A stretch of 64,000 bases of DNA from Octopus sinensis. Taxonomy: Eukaryota. Position numbers and translations under genes: made by a program. The stretch is from assembly GCF_006345805.1 (NCBI RefSeq), contig NC_042997.1, forward strand, positions 113,460,001-113,524,000. The letters are read 5' to 3'. Under the pieces are notes generated by a model, which saw only the letters and a program-made list of their open reading frames with translations, searched no databases and was not told the origin of the DNA. How positions within the stretch are numbered: the first letter of the stretch is position 1; every line of letters starts with the position of its first letter. This document shows positions 40,655 through 53,556 of the stretch, in pieces.

Positions 40655-40859
40655 ACTCTTTTATTTGTTTCAGTTATTTGACTGCGGCCATGCTGGAGCA
40701 CTGCCTTTAGTTGAGCAAATCGACCCCAAAGCCTATTCTTTGTAAACCTAATACTTATTCTATCAGTCTCTTTTGCCGAACTGCTAAGTTACGGGGACAT
40801 AAACACACACAGCATCGGTTGTCAAGTGATGATGTGACAGGACAAACACAGACACACAA

Positions 40860-40890
<31 letters not shown>

Positions 40891-41060
40891 CATATACACG
40901 ATGGGCTTCTTTCATTTTCCGTCTACCAAATCCACTCACAAGTCTTTGGTCAGCCCGAGGCTATAGTAGAAGACACTTGCCCAAGGTGCCACTCAGTGGA
41001 ACTGAACCCAGAACTATGTGGTTGGTAAGTAAGCTATTTACCACACAGCCACTCCTGTGC
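40655..41060 (-). mobile_element. SINE B nested in a plus-strand SINE A (40612-41230)
   Basis: The SINE A head stops at ggtaaaatgc and its body resumes at catttcatccatctttacattctgagttc. Confidence 0.8.
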
Positions 41061-42419
41061 TGACATTTCATCCATCTTTACATTCTGAGTTCAAATTCCA
41101 CCAAGGTCAACTTTGCCTTTCTTCCTTTCAGGGTTGATAACATAAGTACCAGTTGAGCACTGGGGTTGATGTAATCAATCTAGCCCCTTCCCTCAAAATT
41201 GCTGGCCTTGTGCCAAAATTTGAAACCAGTAACTTTCCTGGATGTTTAACATTGACTTGTTTTTTTTTTTTAGTGACTTACTCCAGGCGGTTTAAATGCA
41301 CAAGTCTCTGATATCCAAGGGGCTAAAAAGTATGAGCAGAAGGGTACCTTGGATGTGGCCTGGCCCCCTTTGAGGGTAAGAAGTTAAAGGCCAAAACATA
41401 TGCCTGAAGATGATGGGAATCTTCTCAGGAGACCTGTTATTCAGCTCTCTTGAGAGTTTCATACCACTAGCATCCAAGAACTTTTCAGAGCCTCTGTGAT
41501 AGGAGAAAAAGTAGTGCCCATGAGCCTTTCTAGGGCCTCAAAGGCTGCTGAGGAAAGGGTGGAAGTTATTCTCAGACCAATGAACTGATCCAAATGCTTA
41601 CAACAGAATGGCCTTTGCTAAAAGCTCCCCAAGGACCAGGTAGTGGAGTTAAGCCAGGTGACGCATGAACCCTGCACCTCATCCATGTTGCTCATGTCCA
41701 ATTATGAAGTTACCAAAGAAGAATTCTTCCTGGAATGCTATAATCCACATTGTCATAAATCTGCTGAGATCTTTATTTAGACAATCATAATCCAAGGATT
41801 TGTTCACAAAAATCAACGTAATCCATTAAGCTCCTTGAGATAATTTGCATATTGATGTATAATCCATTAAGCTGAAGAATCTACAAAGAACTAATCTCTT
41901 GGAGTAATGAAAAATCAATAAAGATTTATTCAGTCTGTTGATAATTGATGATCTATCTTTTTCTTTGATTCTTCAGTTAGATACCATTTCTTTGGCATCT
42001 CAAAGACATCATCATCATCATTATCATCACTTTAATACCCATTAATCCATGTTTGCATGAGTCAGACGAATTTATTGAGGCAGATTTTTCTACAACCAGG
42101 TGCTCTTCCTGTTGCTGACCTTCACCAATTTCCAAGCAAGGCAGTATTTCACCATGGCCAGACATTTTTCGCAGAATATTGGGAATGAATGAAGCTGCTT
42201 GTTATGGAGTATGTTGATTACTGAGTAAATCATCCAGGTGGATTCCCATTGGATGTGGTCTAGACTGTATGTGTAGGTGGGGGTGAGTCTGCGTGTAGTA
42301 GCAGCACCAACACACATGTAGGAACAGTATTTCATTGTGGGTCTGACATTCTTTAACAAACAGACCAGTTCTACCATTTGGTTAACCAGAAAAGAAGGAA
42401 TGATATGTTTGTAGTTTAT

Positions 42420-42785
42420 TCTTTTCTTTTTATTCTTTTACTTGTTTCAGTCATTTGACGGCGGCCATGCTGGAGCACCACCTTTAGTCGAGCAAATTAA
42501 CCCCAGGACTTATTCTTTGTAAGCCTAGTACTTATTTTATCGGTCTCTTTTGCTGAATCGCTAAGTTATGGGGACATAAACACGCCAGCATCGGTTGTCA
42601 AGCGATGTTGGGGGGACAAACACACACACACACACGATGGGCTTCTTCCGGTTTCTGTCTACTAAATCCACTCACAAGGCTTTGGTTGGCCTGAAAAGAC
42701 ACTTGCCCAAGGTGCCATGCTGTGGGACTGAAACCATGACCATGTGGTTGGTAAGCAAGCTACTTGCCACGCAGCCACTACTGCA
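42420..42785 (-). mobile_element. SINE family B
   Basis: Reverse complement of 7962-8403. Confidence 0.8.
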
Positions 42786-43029
42786 TTTGGGAAAGTTCTC
42801 CTTCCCTCCTCTCTCTTTCTTTTCCCCCCTCTCATCATATGCCATAACTACAGATGTCTATATCAAACTCTGGAGATTCATGATTTACCTGGCAATGATA
42901 CAGAAGTAGTTTCCTGTTACCCTTTGAACTTTGTTCCCAGTTTAATCTGTTAATCTTCATCTCTCCCAAACTTACCCATCAGGCACACCTGGAGGACTGG
43001 TTCACCTGATACAAAATCACGTCCATATT

Positions 43030-43414
43030 CTTTTCTACTTTAGGCACAAGGACCAAAACTTTTGGAGGGGGGGGCAATCGATTAGATCGACCCAGTATGC
43101 AACTGGTACTTAATTTATTGACCCTGAAAGGATGAAAGGCAAAGTCAACCGTGGCAGAATTTGAACTCAGAATGTAAAGACAAACGAAATTCCTATTTCT
43201 TTACCACCCACAAGGGGCTAAACATAGAGGGGACAAACGGATTAAGTCGATTATATCAACCCCAGTGTGTAACTGGTACTTAATTTATCGACCCTGAAAG
43301 AATGAAGGGCAAATTCGACCTCGGCAGAATTTGAACTCAGAATGTAGTGGCAGACGAAATACCGCTAAGCATTTCACCCGGCATGCTAATGTTTCTGCCA
43401 GCTCACCACCTTAG
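43030..43414 (-). mobile_element. Dimeric SINE A with a perfect 17-bp TSD
   Basis: aaaatcacgtccatatt occurs at 43013-43029 and 43415-43431. The copy has one head and two bodies. Confidence 0.9.
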
Positions 43415-43974
43415 AAAATCACGTCCATATTACAGTAGACCTGTGTGACAGATGTCTAAGTGCCAGCTCTCCTCCAAGTCCTGCATGTCTTAAGCCACAG
43501 GATCCTAACTGGGGCCCTTAACCAATGCTACTGCTTCAGGCCAGAGAGGGTCTGAAAAAAATGGTAATTAAGGAATTATTCCCTTCTCGCAAAAAATCCT
43601 GAACTCCCATGCTGGAGCCTTGCCAACAGATGCAGTTTTAATTAAGGGGTGCCAAGGCTACTTAATTTGATAATTTTCTAGAATAGATCTGTAGAGGCTT
43701 ATCTTGACCAGATGGTTGACAGTAAATGTTAGACAAAATGTGCTTCCCTACTTGATCCTTATGCTCGATTCTTAGACGTTTTTAGTGGGTTTTATTCAGA
43801 GCAGATCCTTAATACTTCCCCACTTGCATTTTCTGTAGACATTCACCTACAAGCATCTGAGTTGGACATCAACTGCATTGGCCTCACCTGTCTGGTGAGC
43901 CTGCAGTGTTCATGGCAACTTTCCCATCTCTTTTGACACTTTAGTAATCATCACAATTAACAAATTGTTCCCTT

Positions 43975-44007
<33 letters not shown>

Positions 44008-44766
44008 TTTACCATTTAACATCCGTTTTCCATAGTGGCATAGGTTGGACAGTTTGACAAGGAGCTGGAAAGGTCAGGTGCCCTGCACTCGGTTCATTTG
44101 TCTGTTTTGGCATGGTCTCTACTGATGGATGCCCTTCCTAGTGCCACCCACTTTAAAGAATGTCCTGGGTGCTTTTTACATGGCACCAGCACACAAGCTT
44201 CTTATGTGGCACCAGTATGGGTGCTTTTACGTGGTGCCAGCACAGGTGCTTTATACATGGCCCTAGCAGTGGTGCTTCATACCCTGGTACTTCCCTGAAC
44301 AGCCAGCATCGTTCTTGTGTCTAAATATGAAATGTTTTGAAGGACTGGCTCTCTCTCAATTAATCTAGTGTTCCAGTCAATCGCCAATAGTTTGACAATC
44401 AAATAAATGCACAATTGGGAGAATTAATTTAATCTTGGCTGGTAATAATTAATTCTTTCATTACCTTCTTTCTATCAGAAGGTTCTTTAAGCAGTAATAA
44501 TCAATTAATTAAATAATAGCAAAAATACTATATATGTCAATTAGATTTAGCTGTTTACTGCAGCACCTCGTTTACTGGTTATAAGTAGCTATAAAGTTTT
44601 ATATATATAGGTAGGAGTCGTTATAAGGAACCCAACTAGTTTCAAAACCAGTCATGTTAATGTTCTTTTTTTTCTCTCTCCACAGAAAAGGAAATCACAG
44701 CAGTCATTTGTTTACATTTGTTCAAAGTCTCACACCATCAGCTAAAACATATTAGCTTTACCCTAA

Positions 44767-45132
44767 CCCTTTTGATACCAGCAAGACTGAAACTGCCTCT
44801 GGCTCTGTAATACAAATCTCTTGTTTTCATAAGTTTTGAATTAAAATCTTCCACCAAACCTTAGTCACAGTTTATGCTCCTAACACTAGCTTAATGATAA
44901 CTAAGTTATTTTACTAAATACTTTGTTATATTTAAAATTAATTGAAAGAAACACAGAGCATGTCAACAGAAATATGGTAACAAAATGGTTAAAATATATA
45001 ATAGAGAAACAATTCTTAACCCTTTCGTTACCAATCCGGCTGAAACCAGCTCTGGCTCTGTAGTACAAATGTCTTGTTTTCATAAGTTCTGAATTAAAAT
45101 CTTCCACCCTTAGTCACAATTAATGTTTCTAA
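44767..45132. mobile_element. piggyBac-like MITE family 1: full copy (44767-44988), spacer, partial copy (45020-45132)
   Basis: Reverse complement of 22350-22777. The TIRs are CCCTTTTGATACCA and TGGTAACAAAATGG|TTAA. Confidence 0.8.
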
Positions 45133-45157
45133 AATGAAGTAGACTGACATGTAATTT

Positions 45158-45200
45158 TTGAACCTGTGGAAGGCACACTAGATGCCGAAATATCGTTCAA
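45158..45200 (+). ncRNA. Minimal type I hammerhead-like motif with a variant core (CUGUGGA)
   Basis: UUGAAC [stem I] CUGUGGA A GGCA-cacuaga-UGCC [stem II] GAAA-UA-UC GUUCAA [stem I']. Stem I has 6 perfect pairs and the stem III region is the palindrome AUAU. Confidence 0.55.
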
Positions 45201-46789
45201 CCAATTTCACATGATATGGCACTCTTCTATTTATTTGTGTATAACTTCTGGATGAGTTAACTCTGTCCTATATAGTCTTAATAATAATAATAATAATAAT
45301 AATATTAATAACAATAATCCTTTCTACTAAAGGCACAAGGCTTGAAATTTAGAGGTGGGGATAGTCGATTACATCGACCCCAGTACTGAACTGGTACTTA
45401 TTTTATCGACCCCAAAAGGATGAAAGGCAAAGTCTACCTCATTGAAATTTGAACTCAGAACATAGAAACAAACGAAATGCTGCTAAGCATTTTGTCCAGT
45501 TGGTTAATGATTCAGCTAGCTTGCCACCATAATAATAATAACAATAATAATAATTTTAAAAATCGCTCATGCATGCGCACACACACAAGTATGTGTGTGT
45601 GTGTATGTGTGCACCCTGCAAACACTATCATGTGGTTGCCGTTAGGAAGGGTATCCAGTCGTAGAAGCCATGTCCAATTGGAGTCTAGACAGCTGGAAAG
45701 CTGGCCAACTCCATGTCAAACCGTCCAACCCATGCCAGCATGGAAAAACTGATGTTGAACATGCGTAACTATAAAACATTGTATCAAGTTACATCCGCTT
45801 CGCTTCAGTAGGTAACATATCCATTTGCTAAATAGAGACCAATGAAATAAATACCAGACTGATATAAACACATATCAAAAGGCAGTGCTCCAGTATGGCC
45901 AGTGACTGAAACTAGCAAATGAATAACCAAACACCTGTTTTTATTGTTGTTGAGGTCTGCTAAAATGAAACTCAAAAGTTATTTTGATTGGTGTTGATTC
46001 AAATTAACATTTCATGTTGTGTGAAGTAATTGAGTGCAGCAGAAAAACCTCCTCTATTTTGAACAGCAATTGGGTATGGCACTAACGAAGTTAGGTGGAT
46101 GACAACAGCATCTTCATGTAGCTGATGTTTTACTGTTTTCCATGTTTCAGATATCATAATGGTTTCCGCTGGTGCACACTGTGCATTTGCTGTGAAAACA
46201 TTTGTCAACCTCTAAAATATGAGAAACTGTTTTTACTGCACAGTGTAGCTTTATAAAAAACATTTTGACTGACTTTTTTATTTAGCTTCGAACAAACCCA
46301 TTTAATACTTTACTGTTATTATTATTTGTCTTTTTTGCAATGAAGGATGAAGTTTATTTCAAATATTAGTCAAGCTTATTGTGTGTTGACCTATAAGCTT
46401 GCTTCCTGGTTTCGCTCTGCCATTTCAACTGGGTCAGTTTTTTTCAGCACAGCTAGATTTGATTTCCATATTCATCGTCTGACTAACCTTCTGCTACATT
46501 TTGCTTCATTTGTTATTTAGTTCGTACAATAACAACATAATAGAGTTGAAGTTGATGAAATCCCAGACTGCTTTCTATTAATTAATTTCATGTAAATCAA
46601 ACTGTGTTGGCCAACAGGTCTTGATATTGTTTTGAGGAGCAAAAATTGCTTCAGTTATTTAATTAAAATGAGCCTCACTATGTCAATGTTTGTATATGTA
46701 ATAGCAACAACGTGTTTTGTGTAAAATAGTAACTTGTGTTTGTTTCTATCAGAAAGATAGATACACACACAAGTTGTTATCCATCCACC

Positions 46790-47217
<428 letters not shown>

Positions 47218-48524
47218 GCGGTGACAGGAGCAAAAATCAACCGGGAAAAGTCAGTGGGCTTGCGGCTCAGCACCTGGAGAAGCAAGCCCATGCCGTCCAC
47301 CAGTACCTCCGTCGTGGGACGCTGGACAGACGGCCCGGTTGAGTTGCTCGGGGTCTGGTTCGGTCCGGACCTCCAAATGGAGAAGAACTGGAACGAGATA
47401 ACGAGTAGGGTGGTCACTCTCGCCCAGCAATGGGCCGAGAGGAAACTGTCCCTAAAAGGTCGGGCGGAGGTGGTGAACGCGTACATCGCGTCCATCATCT
47501 ACTACCGCCTGACCGTCGTACCTTGTCCCGACCCTACCATCACCAAACTAGAACGCATCCTCTTCCGCTTCTTGTGGAAAGGATGCGTCCCGATGGTCAG
47601 GCGATCCATTTGCTGTCAACACCCGTTAAAAGGAGGGCTGGGCATGCCGTGGTTGATGATGCGCAGACACGCGCTGAGACTGCGACATCTCCGGCTCTAT
47701 GTAGACGACGGTGAACAGGTGTGGTCGCCGTTTGTGAGGCACGCATTCCCGCAACTCGTCTCCATGACCGAACTACAGTCGTAGATCAAAAAGAGGACGA
47801 AGAAGGGCGAATGGCACCGCGAGTGTCGCGTTGCTCTCAAGCAACTCTGCCGTCCCGGGTCGACCTTGAGTGACTTCAACACAACCAAAGCATTCTATAG
47901 GGGATTAGTGGAGGGGAGATACGACGACGAGCTCGGGGCAAACCTGGGCATCGACGAGGAATACCTGACCCGCCTGTTTCAAACGACTTTCGGCCCGGGA
48001 CCTATGGACAACTTCCAGAGATCCCTGGCCTGGCGGTGCTACCGAGAAGCGCTACCCGTTCGGGATAAGCTCTATAGGCATGGCTCGAGAAACACGGGGC
48101 CGACCTGCCCGAGATGCGGGCAGAGCGACGAAACCGCTCTGCACGCAATCGTGCAGTGTCCAGCAATTTCCCACCTGTGGGCTTATGTCGAACGACTGCT
48201 GTCACGTGTGGGACGTGTCGGTTTATCAGCCGAGTCTATCGTTAATATCGTCACGCCTCCTTCCTTCAAACGGGAAGGAAGAGCTATTTTTATCATACTT
48301 GTGGCTATGGCGAAAGAATGTATCTGGTGGACGCGTCTGAAAGGATTAGAGACAAACACTTTCCTCTCTGGTCAATCTCTCATCAACTTCTTCAAGTATC
48401 ACTTGAAGAAAAAAGTGAGAGTAGAGAGGCAAGTTTTGTCTAGTGAATGTTTTAAAAAAGATGGGTGAATGTAGCAAGGATGGCACGTATGAATGACGAA
48501 GCCACCTTGACTATGATTCTATGA
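47218..48524 (+). pseudogene. ORF2 remnant (RT C-terminus plus zf-RVT/CCHC) with one premature stop and one frameshift
   Basis: One frame runs through TAG at 47782-47784 (probably TGG originally) into ORF 47866-48468. Adding one A in the run at ~48454-48459 restores FKKRWVNVARMARMNDEATLTMIL*, ending at 48524. Confidence 0.85.
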
Positions 48525-48914
48525 ACCGTAAAAATTAATACAGAGAGTTGCTTATTTGCAAAAAAAAAAAAAAAAAAAGAAATATAACATGTGACTTCAT
48601 TGACCGAGGTTACCGTGGTCTTTTCCGTAGGCTTTTCTTTCCACGGGTAAACCTCACCTGTCCTCCCCTTTACACTTCATATTGACATTTCTGTGATAAC
48701 GATCCCTATTGATCAATTTTTTTCCTCTCCCCCCTTTTTTTTGTCCTCTTTCTCTCCTTTTACGATCCCCTTTGATCGACTCCCCCTTTTTTTATTTTAT
48801 TTTTATTTTATTTTTTTATTTATTTATTTTTTTATTTTTTAAACCTTCAAAAGAAAAGCTCTACCTTGTAATTTGTTCTATCTGTGTGCAGCCCTGTGTG
48901 GCTAATAAAGAAAC
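47218..48914 (+). mobile_element. 5'-truncated L1-clade (Tx1-like) non-LTR retrotransposon
   Basis: An abrupt GC- and CpG-rich island. It encodes the end of RT (GAKINREKS...LLGVWF...LSLKGRAEVVN...FLW...KGGLG) and a CCHC knuckle (CPRCGQSDETALHAIVQC). The 3' UTR has AATAAA at 48904-48909. Candidate TSD tatctatctctctatctat at 47197-47215 and 48916-48934. Confidence 0.9.
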
Positions 48915-48934
48915 ATATCTATCTCTCTATCTAT

Positions 48935-48988
<54 letters not shown>

Positions 48989-49001
48989 CTCTCTTTCTCT
49001 C

Positions 49002-49032
<31 letters not shown>

Positions 49033-49060
49033 CTCTTTCTCTATCTATCTATCCATCTAC
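48915..49060. repeat. (TCTA)n microsatellite, right part
   Basis: Directly visible. Confidence 0.95.
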
Positions 49061-49956
49061 ACATTGGGCTTCTTTCAGTTTCCATCTCCAAATCCACTTA
49101 CAAGGCCTTTAGCTTGCCAAAGGCTATAGTGAAAGACACTTGCCCAAGGTGTCACACACTGGGACTGAACCTGCAACCATGTAGTTTGGAAGTAAACTTC
49201 TTATCACACAGCCACACCTGTGCCTATATATGCGTGTGTGTCTGTGTGTTTGTTTAAGAAACAGAAACCTGGCAATCAAGATGAAAAGTGAAACTGATCT
49301 TTTTTTAATGCTTTTTGGGGTTTTTTTTCGTTTGGGAGATTTTTTTTATTATTTACATTTTCTTCTTCTTATTTCTTTTTTTATCATTTCATCTGAAAAT
49401 TCTGAACTTGTTTCCCTTTTATCTAGAATTCACTGCTTCAGGTCATCTTCTCGGAACAGGAGAAAAGAAAATTAGGATTTTTTTTTTTACCAGACATTTC
49501 TTGCTTATTTGCTTCTTCAGCAACTCCCTCTATTTCCTCTCTCTCCTCCTCCTACTCTTTCTTTCCCCCTTCTACTCTCTCTTTAATCCTGTTTCCCCCT
49601 CTCTTTCTCTCCCCCCTCTATCTTCTCACTCACTCTCTGTCTGGATGCTATTCTTTATTCTTTTTATTTTTTATTGTTCTCAGTCTTTATTCCTTATTCT
49701 CTAACTACAAACTGTCTCTCTCTTTTTTACCACACACACACACACACACACTCACACATTTGTTTTATGTCCATTGTTTCCATGCTAGCATGAGTTTGAT
49801 GAATACCTCTTTATTATTGAAGCATTTTTTAACAGTTGGATGCTCTTCCTGTTGCTCACCCTTACCTGTTTTTTCAGTGATGGATTTCTTATTCCACTTG
49901 CCTTCAAAAGTGTTCAACTATAGCATGATTTGTTAACAGAATTATATAAATGCGTA

Positions 49957-50021
<65 letters not shown>

Positions 50022-50862
50022 GAGAGTAACCCAGTGGTTAAGGTGTGTGGCATCTCAGCTGTCTGCATCCTGGATATGTTTGCTGGGTTAAAAGATGAGA
50101 GTTGAAAGATTACTCAGGCACCTGAAACAATGTGAAAGCATGATACATGTTACCAATCCATATTTGTTCATGGATAACAGCTCTCTCTCTGTATCATCAT
50201 TATTGTCATAATTTAAAACCCATTTTCTATGCTGGCATGGGTTGGACACTTTAACGAGTTGGTAAGCCAGAGAACTGCACCAGACTCCAATTGTCTACTT
50301 AAGGCATGGTTTCATCATCATCATTTACTGTCCATTGTCCATGCTGGCATGGGTTGGACGGTTTGACTGGGCTGGTATGCTGCAAGGTTGCACCAGGCTC
50401 CAGTCTGATTTGGCATGGTATTCTATGGCATGATGCCCAACACTTAAAAGGACCAACACTCAAAAGGACCTCAACTACTTTGCCATGGCTGAATGTCCTT
50501 CCAAATACCAACAACTTTATAGAGTGTAACTGGGTGCTTTTTATGTGGTACAAGCATGGTGGGTACCAGCATGGGAGCTTTTTATGTGGCTCCAATGGGT
50601 GCTTTATTAACTGGCACTTGCAATTTTTGGGGGTTACCAAATAGCCTGCAAGACAAGGACCTCTCAGCTGAGAGAGAGTGTGGAACTGAGAGAAGTGACT
50701 GTGAGCCAGGTGAGAGGCTGGAGTATGATAGAGGGTCAGGGATGGATGTTTGTACAGAGGAAATACTTGGGTACCCCTGTAGGACAAGGGAGAGGTGGGA
50801 GAGAGTTAGAGAAGAAAATTGAAGTCAATGTGTGTGTGTGTGTGTACAGATACACACATACA

Positions 50863-50911
<49 letters not shown>

Positions 50912-51589
50912 ATATAGACACACTAACTGTGTGTCTATGTTAGAAGTACAAATTACACATATTCCAGTTCATCAACTTAGAAATTATTGTTTTTATTCCC
51001 GATTTTAATTAAAAGATTAATTCTTTAATGACTTATAATGAGATGTCTCTACTTTGATTGTGGATTAACTGATAATCCACGGCTTTACTGATTGATATTA
51101 GCAAGAGATAGAAGTGGTGGTGGTGGGGCAGTATCAGCATTATTAGAAGCACAGGGAATCTGTTTACTCAATGACGAAAGAGATATTACATTGAAACAAG
51201 GCTTAACACTGAGTTTAGACAGGACTTGGTGACATTTTTAACCTGTTTCAAGGCTTCAAGTGCCTTGGTTTTACATGTAACAGTTATTACCAGCATCATC
51301 ATCATCCACTTCCCCATCCTCACATAGGTTGGACAAAATTTGTTGAGGCAGAATATCTACAGCCGGGTGCCTTTCCTGTCACCAACTCTCACCTTTTTCC
51401 AAGTAAGGTGATGTGTCTCAGAAGACTGGAAACAAATGACACCGTTTGCATGATAGTGACACTTATATACAACTATCACATGGTATCAAGACCAGGAGAC
51501 AATAACATGCATATGCACACAGACATGTGTATGTATGCATGCCTGCGCACACACACACATACATTATGTGTGTGTATGTACGCTTGAGA

Positions 51590-52128
51590 AGACCCAGCAA
51601 GCCAAGTGAGACCATAACCCGTGACCTATGCCAGTGGTGTGACTAGCCCATTTATGTGTACCTTTCCTTCATTGGACACTAAACTCTGCTTGCGAAGACC
51701 ATATGAGGCAAGTGAAATCAAAATCAAATTCGATGACATCACCGCATGACTGGTATCTATGCTGGTGGAGCACTAAGACCACCATCTGAGCGTGATCGTT
51801 ACCAGCATCACCTTACTGGCACATGAAAAACAACATTGGAGTGAGGTCGTTGCCAGTGCCACTGGACTGGCTCCTGTGCAGGTGGCACATAAAAAACACC
51901 ATCTGAGCGTGTCCGTTGCCAGTGCTGCCTGGCTGGCTCTCGTGCCAGTGGAACATAAAAGCACCAACTACACTCTCAGGGTGGTTGGCATTGGGAAGGG
52001 CATCCAGCTGTAGAAATTCTGCCAGATCAGATTGGAGCCTGGTGCAGCCATCTGGCTCACCAGTCCTCAGTTAAACCGTCCAACCCATGCTAGCATGGGA
52101 AGAGAACGTTGAACGATGATGATGATGA
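51590..52128 (+). mobile_element. Long SINE C copy
   Basis: An upstream segment shared with 5570-5790 and 37670, then hairpin modules, the core and the (GAT)n tail. Confidence 0.75.
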
Positions 52129-52410
52129 ATGTATGTATGTGTATATATAATATATGTGTGTGTGTGTGTGTGTCCGTCCCAGCACCCACACCATCATCCA
52201 CACACCTACACATGCACATATCAAGGTCACCAGCCCTCTTCCACATGCACATGCGCACTCTCATATACACACGCATGCACACCTTCATTTTGGATTTACC
52301 ACTACTTTATTATCCCCCCTTCTTCCTATCTCTCGTGTGTGACCCCTCTGCCCAACATTTTCCATGATAGATTACTCGCCACTACACATTCTTTGTTTTC
52401 TATCCCTGCT

Positions 52411-52447
52411 CCTTTCTGTGGAAGAGTGTAGGCTCGAAATGTTAGAC
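52411..52447 (+). ncRNA. Degenerate minimal hammerhead-like motif (CUGUGGA core), possibly in a Penelope-like terminal repeat remnant
   Basis: ccuuu CUGUGGA A GAGU-guag-GCUC GAAA-UG-UU aga. Stem II forms but stem I is weak. Confidence 0.35.
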
Positions 52448-52540
52448 ATTTTCACTTCCTGAGCATTAAACTAATACATCTGTTTGTTGTCTCCACCACT
52501 TGCCTGTCTTTTGCTTCTTTTTGTGAATTCTCCCTATATA

Positions 52541-52581
<41 letters not shown>

Positions 52582-52585
<4 letters not shown>

Positions 52586-52955
52586 CATAGCTGTGTGGTA
52601 AGAAGCTTGCTTCCCAACCACATGCTTCTGGGTTTAGTCCCACTATGTGGCACCCTGGACAAGTGTCTTCTACCATGGCTTTTGGCCAACTAAAGCCTTG
52701 TGAGTGGATTTGGTAGATAGAAACTGAAAGAAGCCCGTCGTATATGTGTATATGTTTCTGTGTCTGTTCCCCCACCATCTCTTGACAACTGATGTTGGTG
52801 TGTTTACACCCCTGTATCTTAGTGTGTTCAGCAAAAGAGACCAATAGAATAAGTACTAGGCTTGCAAAGAATAAGTCCTGGAGTCGATTTATTCGAGTAA
52901 AGATGGTGCTCCAGCATGGCCACAGTCAGATGACTGAAACAAGTAAAAGAAGGAA
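52582..52955 (+). mobile_element. SINE family B
   Basis: Head, body and gtaaaagaagga tail as in 7962-8403. Confidence 0.8.
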
Positions 52956-52959
52956 TATA

Positions 52960-53023
<64 letters not shown>

Positions 53024-53244
53024 TATATACATACATACATATGTATTCATACATACATAAATGCTAAACAATGAGAATGTGTGCTCAACACCACATTGGT
53101 GGATAAAATTTCTTTATATGTGTATTTAGGCTACCATTGCTTTCATGTTAAGGAAAATATCTTAATGTCTCAACAATTTTTCAAGCCAGTCACCTGGAGG
53201 AATGGTGTTTGCCTCATTTGGGATGAAACATCTTTCATGGTGAA

Positions 53245-53556
53245 GGCACATGGCTCAGTGGTTCAGGTATTTGACTCACAATTGTGAAGTTGTGAGTTTG
53301 ATTTCTGGTGATACATTGTGTTCTTGAGCAAGACACTTTATTTCCTGATGCTCTAATCCACTCAGCTGGCAAAAATTAAGTAGTACCTGTATTTCAAAGA
53401 GCCAGTCTTATTGCATTATGTGTCACGCTAAATTTTCCTGAGAACTATGTCAAGGGTATGCGTATCTGTGGAGTGCTCAGCCACTTATTCATTTCACAAG
53501 CACATTAATCGGATCAACTGTAACCTTCATGGTCGTAACCAACAGAGTGCCAGTTA
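53245..53556 (+). mobile_element. SINE family D, full length
   Basis: A box tggctcagtggtt, B-box-like gagtttgatttc, tgtgttcttgagcaagacacttt domain and 3' end agagtgccagtta. Confidence 0.8.

Noticed and set aside
41280-41720. Moderately GC-rich unique stretch (likewise 43430-43960) as an exon or old LINE
   Set aside because: The frames I translated have multiple stops and no motif I can recognise with confidence.
42200-42377. YCSYMCVGAATT resembling the tyrosine-recombinase HSFRIGAAT motif (DIRS/Ngaro)
   Set aside because: The catalytic H and R are absent and I found no other YR motif nearby.
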